Shown here in pieces: positions 1 to 9,577 of a stretch of DNA of 64,000 bases. The DNA lies in assembly GCA_937915175.1 (NCBI GenBank), contig CALDNA010000016.1:54956-118955 (forward strand). The letters are read 5' to 3'. The DNA comes from an uncultured euryarchaeote (lineage in GTDB: Archaea > Thermoplasmatota > Poseidoniia > Poseidoniales > Poseidoniaceae). Made by a program: the position numbers and the translations under genes. How positions within the stretch are numbered: position 1 is the first letter of the stretch; each line of letters begins with the position of its first letter. A model generated the notes under the pieces. That model did not search any database, had not been told where the DNA came from, and saw nothing but the letters and a program-made list of their open reading frames with translations.

Positions 1-459
1 AATTAAATCCACTCCATTGTTGCTGTTGGGCACGGCAAGAAGACCGCCATCAGGTGACCAATCGATGTTGGTTGGTCGCGCATTAGCTGCCTGTTGCTTC
101 GTTGTCATCGTCATGGTGGCCATGTCAAACAGTTGGATCGAATCAGTTTCGGTCTCTGAACCCGAGACCGCGATGGCTAACATCGCTCCATCAGGAGAAA
201 ATTCGAGCGTTTGAACTGGTCGATTAAGTTCAACCGTTGTCAACACGGTGAGGTTATCGAGCCACATGACGGTCATGTGGTCATCATAGCCGCTTGCAAG
301 GTAGGTGAAATCGCCATCAATTGCAACGGCGCTTGAACCGTCCGCTACTGGTACGGTCGTCGCACCCTTGAACGAAATGTCAGAAGAGGCTGCAGAAGCC
401 ATTGTTGTGGTGAGCAGCAAGGCTGTTAAACACACAACTGCAAAACCCTTCACTCGCAT
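1..459 (-). CDS. Secreted beta-propeller (WD40/PQQ-like repeat) protein, 5' part only (gene runs off window start)
   Basis: Reverse-strand frame open from ATG at 459 to position 1 without stop. Translation begins MRVKGFAVVCLTALLLTTTMASAASS (signal peptide), followed by repeat-like segments (DGS.AVAIDGDF, FSPDGAMLAIA, WSPDGGLLAV). Not in ORF track because it lacks a stop inside the window. Confidence 0.4.
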   Translation of the reverse strand, partial: MRVKGFAVVCLTALLLTTTMASAASSDISFKGATTVPVADGSSAVAIDGDFTYLASGYDDHMTVMWLDNLTVLTTVELNRPVQTLEFSPDGAMLAIAVSGSETETDSIQLFDMATMTMTTKQQAANARPTNIDWSPDGGLLAVPNSNNGVDLI

Positions 460-592
460 GCAATCGCCCCCACAAATCCCTATGAGACCTCCACCCCTAC
501 AAACAATCCGGTGCTTAAGTCGGAGAGTCTTTTTTGGGTGGATGAATAAAACCCATCGGTTGGTTCATCAAGGTCGCTCATGTCGAAAGGCC

Positions 593-1477
593 ATGGTGGC
601 ACAGTTACCCCTTGATGAAAACGGCAACAAAATAGTTCGAATTGGCCACTCACCCGATCCAGACGACGCCTTCATGTTTCACGCCATGACCACTGGGGCT
701 TTCCCTACCCCTGGTTACAATTTTGTTCACGAATTGCAAGACATTGAGACGCTTAACCACAGAGCGATGAATTGCGATCTCGAAGTTTCCGCTGTATCCA
801 TCCACGCCTTTCCAGAAATTTCCTCTGATTATGCGCTTATGAACTGTGGAGCCTCGATGGGTGAAGGATACGGACCAATGGTGATCTCCATGCAAGGTGC
901 AACAGAAGAAGAAGTTCGCAGCAACGTCATCGCAGTCCCCGGACTGAAAACCAGTGCATACATGGGTCTACGGTTGGCTTGGGGCGATTGCGAAGTTGCA
1001 GTTGTGCCTTTTGATGAAATCATCCCAAGGGTTCTCGACGGAACTTACCTCAGCGGATTAATCATTCATGAAGGCCAATTGACTTATGTTGAACACGACC
1101 TCCATGTCCACATTGATCTAGGCATCTGGTGGAACGAGCGAACCGATGGCTGGCCAATGCCACTTGGTGGGAACGTCGTTCGTCGGGACCTCGGACAACA
1201 AGCTATGGAAGACATTACGATGTACACGAAGATGAGCATTGAATTCGCGCTCAAATCCCCAGCCGATGCCCTGGAATTTGCCAAGAAATGGGGCCGAGGC
1301 ATCGATGACGAAACCAACAAAGAATTCGTCGGCATGTACGTCAACGATCGAACCATCGATTACAAACCAGAAGGCCGTGCTTCAGTTCGCCGATTTATCA
1401 CCGAAGGTCAAGACCTTGGTTTGATTCAATCGGATTTCAATGCAGTCGATATGGCGTTTATCGGTTCCAATGAGTGA
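593..1477 (+). CDS. mqnD: Futalosine-pathway MqnD-like protein (1,4-dihydroxy-6-naphthoate synthase family; MqnA/MqnD periplasmic-binding-protein fold)
   Basis: Motif VRIGHSPDPDDAFMFHAMTTG matches the MqnD N-terminal signature (SPxPND.FxFHAL). Internal ATG at 593 chosen because the 305-592 extension overlaps the minus-strand signal-peptide gene. Confidence 0.55.
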   Translation: MVAQLPLDENGNKIVRIGHSPDPDDAFMFHAMTTGAFPTPGYNFVHELQDIETLNHRAMNCDLEVSAVSIHAFPEISSDYALMNCGASMGEGYGPMVISMQGATEEEVRSNVIAVPGLKTSAYMGLRLAWGDCEVAVVPFDEIIPRVLDGTYLSGLIIHEGQLTYVEHDLHVHIDLGIWWNERTDGWPMPLGGNVVRRDLGQQAMEDITMYTKMSIEFALKSPADALEFAKKWGRGIDDETNKEFVGMYVNDRTIDYKPEGRASVRRFITEGQDLGLIQSDFNAVDMAFIGSNE

Positions 1478-1577
1478 TTTGGATAAGGTAAAAAGGACCA
1501 TAATTCACCTCATTGGAATGAATCAGGGCTCAACTTCAAAGACTCGAAGCGAATGAAAGGAATCAAGGGGAACCCTC

Positions 1578-1787
1578 ATGCCACACGATCACATCAATCT
1601 TGCTCAGGCCCCAAACGGAGAAATCGGCCCCCGTTGCGAAGAATGCGGGATCCGTCTTACGTTTGGCAGCGCCATGGTTGTCGGAAAATTCTACATGTGC
1701 TGGGATCATTACGTCGAGGCTACAGGCGCAGGTACTGCTACATCCATCGGTGAAGCAGAAGACCGCTTCTGGATGGCCAGCGAGTGA
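1578..1787 (+). CDS. Small cysteine-containing (zinc-ribbon-like) hypothetical protein
   Basis: Of three overlapping ORFs here, only this frame has protein-like composition (the others are R/S-rich). Contains CEECG...MCWDH. Confidence 0.3.
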   Translation: MPHDHINLAQAPNGEIGPRCEECGIRLTFGSAMVVGKFYMCWDHYVEATGAGTATSIGEAEDRFWMASE

Positions 1788-1841
1788 GCATCCACGGTCT
1801 TCAAGAACCTTCGACTCCTCATCACCTTTGAGGCGATTTTA

Positions 1842-3044
1842 TTGGCAACAGGCTGGGCTCGTTTCGCACACCGCTTTAGTGCGTATTATCGCAGTTCTGA
1901 ATTTTGGGCACCGCCAAGGATGAAGACTCGCGAATGGATGTTTATTCCATTCGGAGGTGCTCCACCTATTCGACACAAGGGATTCAGCGATATGCAAGGT
2001 GTTCGCCAATTCTTATCCGACCGCGCCATGCACTCATGCTTCTATTCTACAGCGTATTGGGAACGGCCATTTGAAATGAAAATGGCTGACAAAAATTGGC
2101 TTGGCGCAGACTTAATTTTCGATTTAGATGGTGACCATTTACCCGGTGTAACTGACAAGGATTTCCCAGGCATGCTCGAAGTCATCCATGAACAAGCGTG
2201 GTCATTGTGGAACGATTTTCTGGAACCTGAATTCGGATTTGAAGAAAAATACCTCCAAGTGACCTTTTCCGGCCACAGAGGATTCCACTTGCACTACAGG
2301 GATCCAGCACTGTTTCACTTGGATTCAGAAGCTCGGCGTGAGATGGTGTCTTACATACGAGGCGAAGGTGTTGATGTCAAGGGTGGTTTGGCGCGATATC
2401 ACGACCTTACCAGCGAAGGATGGACGCGTCGGATTCGCGACGGTATGAGTGGGATGGTGACGAAATTACAAGGCATCGCAACGAAAAATGATGGCTATCG
2501 CAAGGAACTCAAATCACTTCATGAGGGTTTAAAATCGCAGTCTCAACGAGAGGGGCGCAAAAGCACCAAAGGTCAGGGGTCAATTGAACAACTCGCTTCG
2601 ATTGTCAATCACCCTGACCGGGCAAAAAGACTCAAGGATGGCAATTTCGGGGTTTTAGAGAAGCATCAATCTTTATTCTTGGACCTGTTAAAAACCGATA
2701 CTTCGGTTGTTTTAGGTTCTGCTGGCGAAACCGACGAAGTCGTAACCATTGACGTACGGAGGCAAATCAGATGGCCGACCTCATTGCACGGTAAATCCGG
2801 AATGCGCGTGTGTGAATTTCCTTTGTCAAGATTGGATCCCGATGGAACAAACCCGTATTCACCACTGCATGAAGCTCTAGCGTTGAGCACCCAAGATATG
2901 CTTACGGTGGAAATGACGGTGGATGATTCAATCGCTCAATTTGGAGACCAAGTTTTTGATCGTTCTGCCGGCGACCGTTTTGAAATTCATGAAGCGGGAG
3001 CCACATTCCTTGTGCTCAAAGGTTGGGCAAAGGTAATTGGTTAG
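1842..3044 (+). CDS. priS: DNA primase small (catalytic) subunit PriS
   Basis: FAHRFSAYYRSSEFWAPP, REWMFIPFG, CFYSTAYWERP and the catalytic ADLIFDLDGDHL motif align with archaeal/eukaryotic PriS/p48. TTG start in ORF track. Confidence 0.8.
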   Translation: MATGWARFAHRFSAYYRSSEFWAPPRMKTREWMFIPFGGAPPIRHKGFSDMQGVRQFLSDRAMHSCFYSTAYWERPFEMKMADKNWLGADLIFDLDGDHLPGVTDKDFPGMLEVIHEQAWSLWNDFLEPEFGFEEKYLQVTFSGHRGFHLHYRDPALFHLDSEARREMVSYIRGEGVDVKGGLARYHDLTSEGWTRRIRDGMSGMVTKLQGIATKNDGYRKELKSLHEGLKSQSQREGRKSTKGQGSIEQLASIVNHPDRAKRLKDGNFGVLEKHQSLFLDLLKTDTSVVLGSAGETDEVVTIDVRRQIRWPTSLHGKSGMRVCEFPLSRLDPDGTNPYSPLHEALALSTQDMLTVEMTVDDSIAQFGDQVFDRSAGDRFEIHEAGATFLVLKGWAKVIG

Positions 3045-3141
3045 GCGGATATTTATCCCGTTAGAACTCACGCCCTCAAGACCTGTTCTTGAGGTAAGGT
3101 TCAAGACCGCGTTACCATCCAGCGGTTTAGAGGTGAACCGC

Positions 3142-4131
3142 ATGGGTCTAAGGAAAGGCAAAAAAAACAAGGCTCCAATTGCGCCAGCTCTAGGGCTTCC
3201 ACTGCCGCCGTTGCCCGGTATGCCTCCTATGCCAGCCCCACCGGGTGCAGCACCAGCACCCCTCCCCGCAGCACTGCCACCTGCTCCGGCGCCGGCTCCT
3301 GCTCTTCCTTTGCCGCCTGCTCCGGCTCCGGCACCCGCTGCACCAACTCAAGACCAAAGTGTATGGGATGCCGCAGCAGCAGCCAAACCACAGGCTGACG
3401 ATGCATACGGTGACTTATGGGCAAAGCGCTCTGAGAAACCCCTCCCGCAGATTTACGGTCACATTGATCGAATCTCATCAGCCGATGCTGGTTCACTTCT
3501 CGACCGCTACGCCGACCGATTTGGCCACGCCCTTGATCGAGACATCATCGTTCTTCGAAAGAAAGAACATGAAGACAAAGTTTCCGAGGTCCGCGATGCA
3601 CCCGTCGTGGAACTTCTCGAAACAGATTCGGAAAGCGACGATATTTCCACTCAACTATCAATAATCGAAGACGAACTTCGATCATTGAAGCCAGAATACC
3701 AAGCAGCAAAACAATCCGGTGACGCACAAGTTCTTTCTGAACTGCGCCCCGTGCTTGAAGCGCTCATGGCAGAACGTAAGACGCTTCAAGCCATGATGAG
3801 TGGAGAAGCAGGTGAACCTTCAACCGCCAATCCGATCGGTGAAGAAGAACAAGCCGAGGATGACATGTTTGCAACCTTTGTGGCGATCGTCGATGAACTG
3901 TTAGGCTCCAACCTCTCAGCAGCAGTTGTTGAAGCATTCGTTGCAAGCGAAGACTTCGCTACCTACGAAGCAGTCGGAAGCGACCCACACAACGCCGATG
4001 AAGACATGCGTGCTGCTTTCTTCAGCATCGTTGACAGCCAACTTGGTAACATGGCTCAAGAAGACATTGATGCCTTTGTTTCTTCTGAGAATTTTGAAAT
4101 CTACAGCGCCATCGGCGCGCAATACCAGTGA
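3142..4131 (+). CDS. Hypothetical Pro/Ala-rich acidic protein with C-terminal tandem ~45-aa repeat
   Basis: Start set at MGLRKGKKNK with a GGTGA Shine-Dalgarno-like sequence 8 nt upstream. Long polyproline/PA tract (PLPPLPGMPPMPAPPGAAPAPLP...). Two repeats: FATFVAIVDELLGSNLSAAVVEAFVASEDFATYEAVG and AAFFSIVDSQLGNMAQEDIDAFVSSENFEIYSAIG. Confidence 0.55.
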   Translation: MGLRKGKKNKAPIAPALGLPLPPLPGMPPMPAPPGAAPAPLPAALPPAPAPAPALPLPPAPAPAPAAPTQDQSVWDAAAAAKPQADDAYGDLWAKRSEKPLPQIYGHIDRISSADAGSLLDRYADRFGHALDRDIIVLRKKEHEDKVSEVRDAPVVELLETDSESDDISTQLSIIEDELRSLKPEYQAAKQSGDAQVLSELRPVLEALMAERKTLQAMMSGEAGEPSTANPIGEEEQAEDDMFATFVAIVDELLGSNLSAAVVEAFVASEDFATYEAVGSDPHNADEDMRAAFFSIVDSQLGNMAQEDIDAFVSSENFEIYSAIGAQYQ

Positions 4132-4142
4132 GTGTGAACAGA

Positions 4143-5081
4143 ATGGGATTACTAGACAAAGCAAGCGATGCAGGGGCAAAACCAGCAGCTAAGAAAGCCA
4201 CGCCCAAGGCAGTCACAGTGGCCAAAGCAATGCCAGCCAAAGCAATGCCAGCCAAAGCAATGCCAGCCAAAGCAAGGCCAGCCAAAGCAGTGAAGGCCGC
4301 AAAACAACCCAAAGCAGCGCGTGTGCGCAAGCCCATCATGAATAATTCCGGCCTCCCGGAAGGCTACGAAATTGCAACACAGAATTCTCGAATGCTCGCA
4401 TGGTTGATGAACTTCATTTGGAACTTTGGAGTTCTCTTTGGTGCCCTTTTCCTCTCGGTCATGGGCTCCACCCCCACAATTCCAGCTGTCGGCGCACTCA
4501 TCATGCTGATCATCAACCTCATTGTGATTCCAATCATGACTGGCCGCACTTTGGGCAATTTCATTTCACGAACCCGGTACATCACCTCCGCAGATGGAAA
4601 ACCTAATTTTATTCACGGTTTGCTTGTCAACTCCGTAGGACTCATGTCCCTTGTCGGTATCTCTCTTGTAATCTTCAACATGGGAAGTATTTTTGATGAT
4701 GCAGGCAAGGTACAACCAATCAACATCGGTTTCCTCGTTCTTGGGATCATCTTTGTCGCTGTTCGCATTATCGATGGACGATTCAAGAAAAACAGCGACC
4801 AGAATCAAGGCCTCTACGACATGCTCTTTGGAGCGTTCTTGGTCAAGTATGTCCCACAAGAGGGCGAAGAACTCACCGGCCTCGCTGCCCGCCTCGAAGG
4901 CATGGCAAACTTTGGCGATTCGTTCACCGCAAAGCGGGAAGAGTCCAGACTCAAGAAGGTCGGAAAGGCGGCTATTAAGGCTGAAGAAGGCGCAACTGAA
5001 CCCTCCGAAGATTCAGAGGAAAAGAAGTCAGAAGTTTCTAAACCTAAGGCTAAGAAAGCCAAGGCCAAGAAAGTCGAGTGA
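4143..5081 (+). CDS. RDD-family membrane protein with Lys/Ala-rich histone-H1-like N- and C-terminal tails
   Basis: Two TM helices flank GRTLGNFISRTRYITSADGKPNF and IIDGRFKKNSDQNQGLYDMLFGAFLV (RDD-family pattern). N-terminus carries the AMPAK repeats and the C-terminus KAKKAKAKKVE. Confidence 0.55.
   Translation: MGLLDKASDAGAKPAAKKATPKAVTVAKAMPAKAMPAKAMPAKARPAKAVKAAKQPKAARVRKPIMNNSGLPEGYEIATQNSRMLAWLMNFIWNFGVLFGALFLSVMGSTPTIPAVGALIMLIINLIVIPIMTGRTLGNFISRTRYITSADGKPNFIHGLLVNSVGLMSLVGISLVIFNMGSIFDDAGKVQPINIGFLVLGIIFVAVRIIDGRFKKNSDQNQGLYDMLFGAFLVKYVPQEGEELTGLAARLEGMANFGDSFTAKREESRLKKVGKAAIKAEEGATEPSEDSEEKKSEVSKPKAKKAKAKKVE
4221..4290 (+). repeat. Perfect 15-nt tandem repeat (gccaaagcaatgcca, about 4.6 copies) encoding (AMPAK)n
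   Basis: Direct inspection: gccaaagcaatgcca x3, then gccaaagcaaggcca, then a partial copy. In-frame within the RDD protein. Confidence 0.85.
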
Positions 5082-5099
5082 ATATCCTGCTAGATTGGC

Positions 5100-6083
5100 A
5101 TGGTTGACAAACGCTTCTCCCTACCTTATGCTTGGCTTGCAGCCACCTTAGCACTCATTGGGGCATATTGGTTCCACACGTTGCCGGCATCCTTTACTGC
5201 TGCACTTGTGCTCTACTGTGGGTACAACGCTCTTATCGAGCTGTATGTTGGAATGAGTTTTCTAACCCCCGGGAAGAAGAAACCATCCTATGAGGCAGAG
5301 GGTTGGACTCATCACGATTTAGCGTATGGTGCGGATTCCCTCCATGCGGTCGCGTTCAAGCAAGCGGGACCTGCTCCTCTTCTTATCCTGGTGCACGGAT
5401 GGCGTAGTTCATCTCGATCGGTCGGTGACAGAGGCGCTTGGTTTGCCCAACGAGGTTGGCATGTACTTCTTATTGAATTACCGAGCCATGGCGCATCCAC
5501 TGACATGAAATTTTGGACAGCGTACAAATCAATGCAGGCGATTAAAACCGTTTGTTCGGACTTAGACGCCATTTTCTCGAAAGAGGATGTCACCAAAGCC
5601 AGTTACTATGGCCATAGCATTGGTTGCTTCATCGGTCTTCGCCTAGTTGCTGATCGAGAATTTGTAGCTCTCGACCACTCAATGTCGAATATTATCTTGG
5701 AATCACCAATGACCATGTACAGTCCAATCTTAAACGAAATCGCACTCAAGCTGAGGATTCCATCGTTTCTCATGAGTGTCTATCGCAAAAGACTGATTCG
5801 ACGGTTTAACGCCTCAATTGGACAAAAGGGCTTATTTTCATCCATTGATGAATTTGATTTGCCGCTATGGGGTTTTCCAAATCTACCGACCCTCTGCATT
5901 CAGGCAGATCCGGACAATCGCCTAGGTATGGGGCATTATGAATTGCTCACCACGGCCTATGCTGATTCTGGTCAAAGTGACCTTCTGACAAGCCATCGAC
6001 TACCAGGCCTAACCCATGCAGGGGCGAAAGTAAATGAAGAGCGCAATCGATTGATCGCAGATTGGCTTGACGTGCAATCCTGA
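5100..6083 (+). CDS. Alpha/beta-hydrolase fold protein with N-terminal membrane anchor
   Basis: LILVHGW...GHSIGCFIG (GxSxG nucleophile elbow). N-terminal hydrophobic segment. Confidence 0.6.
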   Translation: MVDKRFSLPYAWLAATLALIGAYWFHTLPASFTAALVLYCGYNALIELYVGMSFLTPGKKKPSYEAEGWTHHDLAYGADSLHAVAFKQAGPAPLLILVHGWRSSSRSVGDRGAWFAQRGWHVLLIELPSHGASTDMKFWTAYKSMQAIKTVCSDLDAIFSKEDVTKASYYGHSIGCFIGLRLVADREFVALDHSMSNIILESPMTMYSPILNEIALKLRIPSFLMSVYRKRLIRRFNASIGQKGLFSSIDEFDLPLWGFPNLPTLCIQADPDNRLGMGHYELLTTAYADSGQSDLLTSHRLPGLTHAGAKVNEERNRLIADWLDVQS

Positions 6084-7118
6084 TCATTCTTGCTCGCTGG
6101 CATCTGCTTGCTCGCGTGCGAGTTTTCTCATGTCATCGACTTCATCGAGTTCGTCCACGATTTCTTCACCTAATAGCGTCTCTAAGACGTCTTCCATGGT
6201 GACGAGACCTGCAGTACCACCGAATTCATCTCGTACGACTGCGAATTGCTGGCGTTGGCCCAAAAACATCTCTAGCGCCGTGTCAACGGAGGTTTCAGTG
6301 TCCAAAAACATCACGTCCTTCCTCAATTCTTCCATCGTTGTGTCCCATTCATCTCGGCTTGCAGCCATCAATAATTGGGAACGAATGACAATACCAGAAA
6401 TGTCATCGACCGTTTCTTCGAAGACCGGGATCCTCGAAACTCGAATGATGTTGTGTTCATCAAGAACTTCTTTGATTGTGTCCTTGAGGTTAAATGCGGT
6501 CATCACGACACGCGGTGTCATGATTTCAACCACCTTCATTTCACCGAGTCGCAGAAGGTTGTGAATGACGGTTTCTTCATCCTTTTCGATGATGCCTTCT
6601 TCTTCACCGAGGTCTGCGAGGGCTGCTACGTCATCGCGTGTGAACAGGGCATCGTCTCCTTTGGGAAGGATTGACTTTAGCATTTGAATGGGTCCTATAA
6701 AGACGGCCAATACGACTGTAATCCAATGAAGAACATAGCCAGTGGGTTTTGCCAATTGCTTCCAGTATGCTGTCCCCAGTGTCTTTGGAATGATTTCGGA
6801 CAAGAATAAAACAAGCAATGTCAAGATCACCGATGCGTAGGTTAGGTATTCATGACCGAACACCTTGTCCACTTCAGCACCAACACCAGCGGCACCCATT
6901 GTGTGTGCAATGGTATTGAGGGTAAGAATAGCGGTCAGTGGTTTTACGGCATCATCAGACTTTAGATTGGCCCAGATTTTTCCTTTCCGCGTCCCGTCTC
7001 GCTCCCACATCGCAATTTGCGTATGGGGTATCGATAGGACAACTGCTTCCAGAATGGAGCATAAAAATGAGACGCCGAGCGCCAGTGTGCCGTATAAAAT
7101 GAGGATTGTGTAGTCCAT
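6084..7118 (-). CDS. corC: CNNM/CorC-family Mg2+/Co2+ transporter (DUF21 membrane domain, CBS pair, CorC_HlyC)
   Basis: N-terminal four-TM DUF21 region, central CBS-pair region (EIMTPRVVMTAF...IPVFEETVDDISGIV) and C-terminal CorC/HlyC-like domain. Acidic tail. Confidence 0.8.
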   Translation of the reverse strand: MDYTILILYGTLALGVSFLCSILEAVVLSIPHTQIAMWERDGTRKGKIWANLKSDDAVKPLTAILTLNTIAHTMGAAGVGAEVDKVFGHEYLTYASVILTLLVLFLSEIIPKTLGTAYWKQLAKPTGYVLHWITVVLAVFIGPIQMLKSILPKGDDALFTRDDVAALADLGEEEGIIEKDEETVIHNLLRLGEMKVVEIMTPRVVMTAFNLKDTIKEVLDEHNIIRVSRIPVFEETVDDISGIVIRSQLLMAASRDEWDTTMEELRKDVMFLDTETSVDTALEMFLGQRQQFAVVRDEFGGTAGLVTMEDVLETLLGEEIVDELDEVDDMRKLAREQADASEQE

Positions 7119-7297
7119 GCTGTTTCAGTGGCTCCTAGGTGACCGCTGTCTTTGCGTGGGACTCTTAGTTATTGAAAATGTTGGAACCTGCTTCTTCTTC
7201 ATCGCGGACGGAATTGGAGCGTATATTCGGAAACATGTCCTCTTTGAGGTTGAGTTTATGATGATTTTAAAGACAGGCCGCACACCGAACAAAACAC

Positions 7298-9577
7298 ATG
7301 ACCTCCGAACACGTTCTCATTTGTGTTGCTTGGCCGTATGCAAACGGTCCACTTCACTTAGGTCACGTTGCAGGATGTTACTTGCCACCAGACATCCAAG
7401 CACGCTTTGAGCGAGCGCTTGGAAATCGCGTCTTGATGGTGTCAGGTTCAGATGAACATGGAACACCAATCACGGTCTCAGCAGAACAAAACGGAGTCAG
7501 CCCTCAAGATATTGTGGACAAATACCACACAATGAACAGCCAAGCCTTACTGGATTTAGGTTGCGCATGGGAACCTCAAGTCGACCCTCGTGGCGTGGAA
7601 TACGGTGGAGCGCTGTTCAACAGAACGAGCGACCCACGCCACAAGCAAATGGTTCAAGATAATTTCACCGCACTCCTCGATGCAGGTTTGTTTGAAGAAA
7701 AAACGATGAAACAATATTACGAAACAAACGATGACGGAACAGGAAGATTCCTTCCCGATCGCTACGTCGAAGGCGTATGTCCTTCCTGTCAGGAAGATGG
7801 GGCGCGTGGCGATCAATGCGATGCATGTGGCGCAACCTACGAAGCGGAAGAATTGCTCCAACCTCGGTCGAAAATGAACCCGACAGCATCGATTGAAGTA
7901 CGAGATACCGAACACCTTTTCTACCGTCTTGATGCCTTCCAGTCAGCGCTTGAGCACCACGCTTCTGGCCAGCAAAAAGTCTGGAAATCAAACGTCAGAG
8001 CCATGACAAAACAATGGCTCGACATGGGCTTGCGTCCTCGTGCCGTCACCCGTGATCTTGCCTGGGGGATCCCGCTTCCTCTTGAGGGTGAAGAATGGAA
8101 TGGGAAATGTGTTTACGTCTGGTTCGAAGCTGTACAGGGCTATTCCACCTGCGCACGCATCTGGGCTGATTCGGTCGCACTCCAAGCCAACCACCCCGAT
8201 GGAGGGGATGCATGGAAAAATTGGTGGAATATAGCCGAGAATGGTGACGTACCGCGCCACTTGTATTTCCTTGGAAAAGACAACATCCCCTTCCACACCG
8301 TTATTTGGCCAGCCTTGATCTTAGGACTGAATCATGCCAAGAAAGGATTGACAATTGCTGACGAGGTGTTGCTTCCAGGGCCCGGAGAAATGGCGTTGGA
8401 AACCAACGTTCCCGCCATGGAATACCTGATGCTCGCAGGTGGTCAATTTTCCAAATCACGCAAGCATGCAGTTTGGCTACCATCATTCCTTGAGAGGTTT
8501 GACCCTGATACATTGAGGTATTATTTGAGCATCAACATGCCAGAGAATCACGATACAGACTTCAATTGGCCTGATTTTGTAGAAAAAATCAACACTGAAC
8601 TCATCGCAGCGTACGGTAATTTTGTCCATCGCGTCTTAACCCTCGGACACCGATTGCCATCAGGTGACAAGGGTCCACTGGAACCTGTCGAGGTGCCAAC
8701 ACTCACCGAAGCTCATCGAACAAAACTCGAAGAACTGCATGGCTCCATCACCGACTCGTTGTCGAGGCACCGATACAAAGAAGCCTTGAGAACAGTCATG
8801 AATGCATCACAATACGGCAACCAGATGCTTCAAGCCGCAACACCTTGGAAGTACCTCAAGGATGAAACCCCCTCGGAAGAACGCGAACAATCACTTTCCG
8901 ATTTGGCCTTTGGTTGGAGAATTGCCAGGTTCTTAGCGATAACCACCCAACCGTTCATGCCATTCAGTGCGGCACGTCTCTGGGCTGGTTTAGGCTTAAG
9001 CGGGGCTGTAAGTGAGGTCAGGTGGGAAGAAGCGGTCAATTGGAACGCTCCTATGGAATGGAATCCAGCGGACCCGCAACCTTTGTTTAAGCGTCTTGAG
9101 TTGGACGAAATATTAGCCTCTGAGCAATCTCTTGTCGATCCTGATGAAGCATCAGCGGCCGACCCCGGCCATGGCGTCAAAGGCAGCAAAAAGAAAAAGA
9201 ACACACCCCCGGAGGAAAAGAAAGTGAAAGAAGCACCAGAAGGAACAACATACCTAAATTTTGATACGTTCATGGAAGTTGATTTACGAGTCGGCAAAAT
9301 CACCACCGTTGAAGACCACCCAAATGCAGATCGATTGTATGTCGTCACAATTGATGACGGCACAGATGAGCCCCGCACCATTTGCGCTGGTTTGAAGGCG
9401 TATTATTCACCTGAAGAGATGGTTGGGAAATCAGTAGTGTTTGTGGCCAATCTGAAACCGCGACCGCTTCGTGGTGTTGTATCTCAAGGCATGATGCTCG
9501 CAGCAGACGATGGCAATGACAATGTCAAATTAGTCACCATTGACGGTGAAATTTCTACAGGATCTCAAGTCCGTTGA
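7298..9577 (+). CDS. metG: Methionyl-tRNA synthetase with C-terminal EMAP/Trbp111-like tRNA-binding domain
   Basis: HLGH motif (PLHLGHVAG), zinc knuckle CPSCQEDGARGDQCDACG, KMSKS-type motif (QFSKSRKH), Lys-rich linker, and a C-terminal LRVGKI...DRLYV OB-fold domain. Confidence 0.9.
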   Translation: MTSEHVLICVAWPYANGPLHLGHVAGCYLPPDIQARFERALGNRVLMVSGSDEHGTPITVSAEQNGVSPQDIVDKYHTMNSQALLDLGCAWEPQVDPRGVEYGGALFNRTSDPRHKQMVQDNFTALLDAGLFEEKTMKQYYETNDDGTGRFLPDRYVEGVCPSCQEDGARGDQCDACGATYEAEELLQPRSKMNPTASIEVRDTEHLFYRLDAFQSALEHHASGQQKVWKSNVRAMTKQWLDMGLRPRAVTRDLAWGIPLPLEGEEWNGKCVYVWFEAVQGYSTCARIWADSVALQANHPDGGDAWKNWWNIAENGDVPRHLYFLGKDNIPFHTVIWPALILGLNHAKKGLTIADEVLLPGPGEMALETNVPAMEYLMLAGGQFSKSRKHAVWLPSFLERFDPDTLRYYLSINMPENHDTDFNWPDFVEKINTELIAAYGNFVHRVLTLGHRLPSGDKGPLEPVEVPTLTEAHRTKLEELHGSITDSLSRHRYKEALRTVMNASQYGNQMLQAATPWKYLKDETPSEEREQSLSDLAFGWRIARFLAITTQPFMPFSAARLWAGLGLSGAVSEVRWEEAVNWNAPMEWNPADPQPLFKRLELDEILASEQSLVDPDEASAADPGHGVKGSKKKKNTPPEEKKVKEAPEGTTYLNFDTFMEVDLRVGKITTVEDHPNADRLYVVTIDDGTDEPRTICAGLKAYYSPEEMVGKSVVFVANLKPRPLRGVVSQGMMLAADDGNDNVKLVTIDGEISTGSQVR

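Noticed and set aside
17-214. 65-aa plus-strand ORF at the window start
   Set aside because: It overlaps the open minus-strand frame that encodes the beta-propeller repeats, and no family features were seen.
305-592. N-terminal 96-aa extension of the MqnD-like ORF
   Set aside because: It overlaps the 5' end (signal peptide) of a better-supported minus-strand beta-propeller gene. The MqnD family alignment begins at the internal Met 593.
1553-1923. Two further overlapping plus-strand ORFs (1553-1753, 1600-1923) upstream of priS
   Set aside because: Their translations are R/S/L-rich junk. Only the 1578-1787 frame is protein-like, and even that is low confidence.
4221-4290. Possible CRISPR-like short tandem repeat
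   Set aside because: The 15-nt units are contiguous with no spacers and lie in frame inside a coding gene. The same applies to the approximately 60-nt repeats at 50545-50690. No CRISPR array or cas genes are present.
8830-9381. 183-aa minus-strand ORF inside metG
   Set aside because: It is fully embedded antisense in a high-confidence MetRS gene, and no domain is recognisable.
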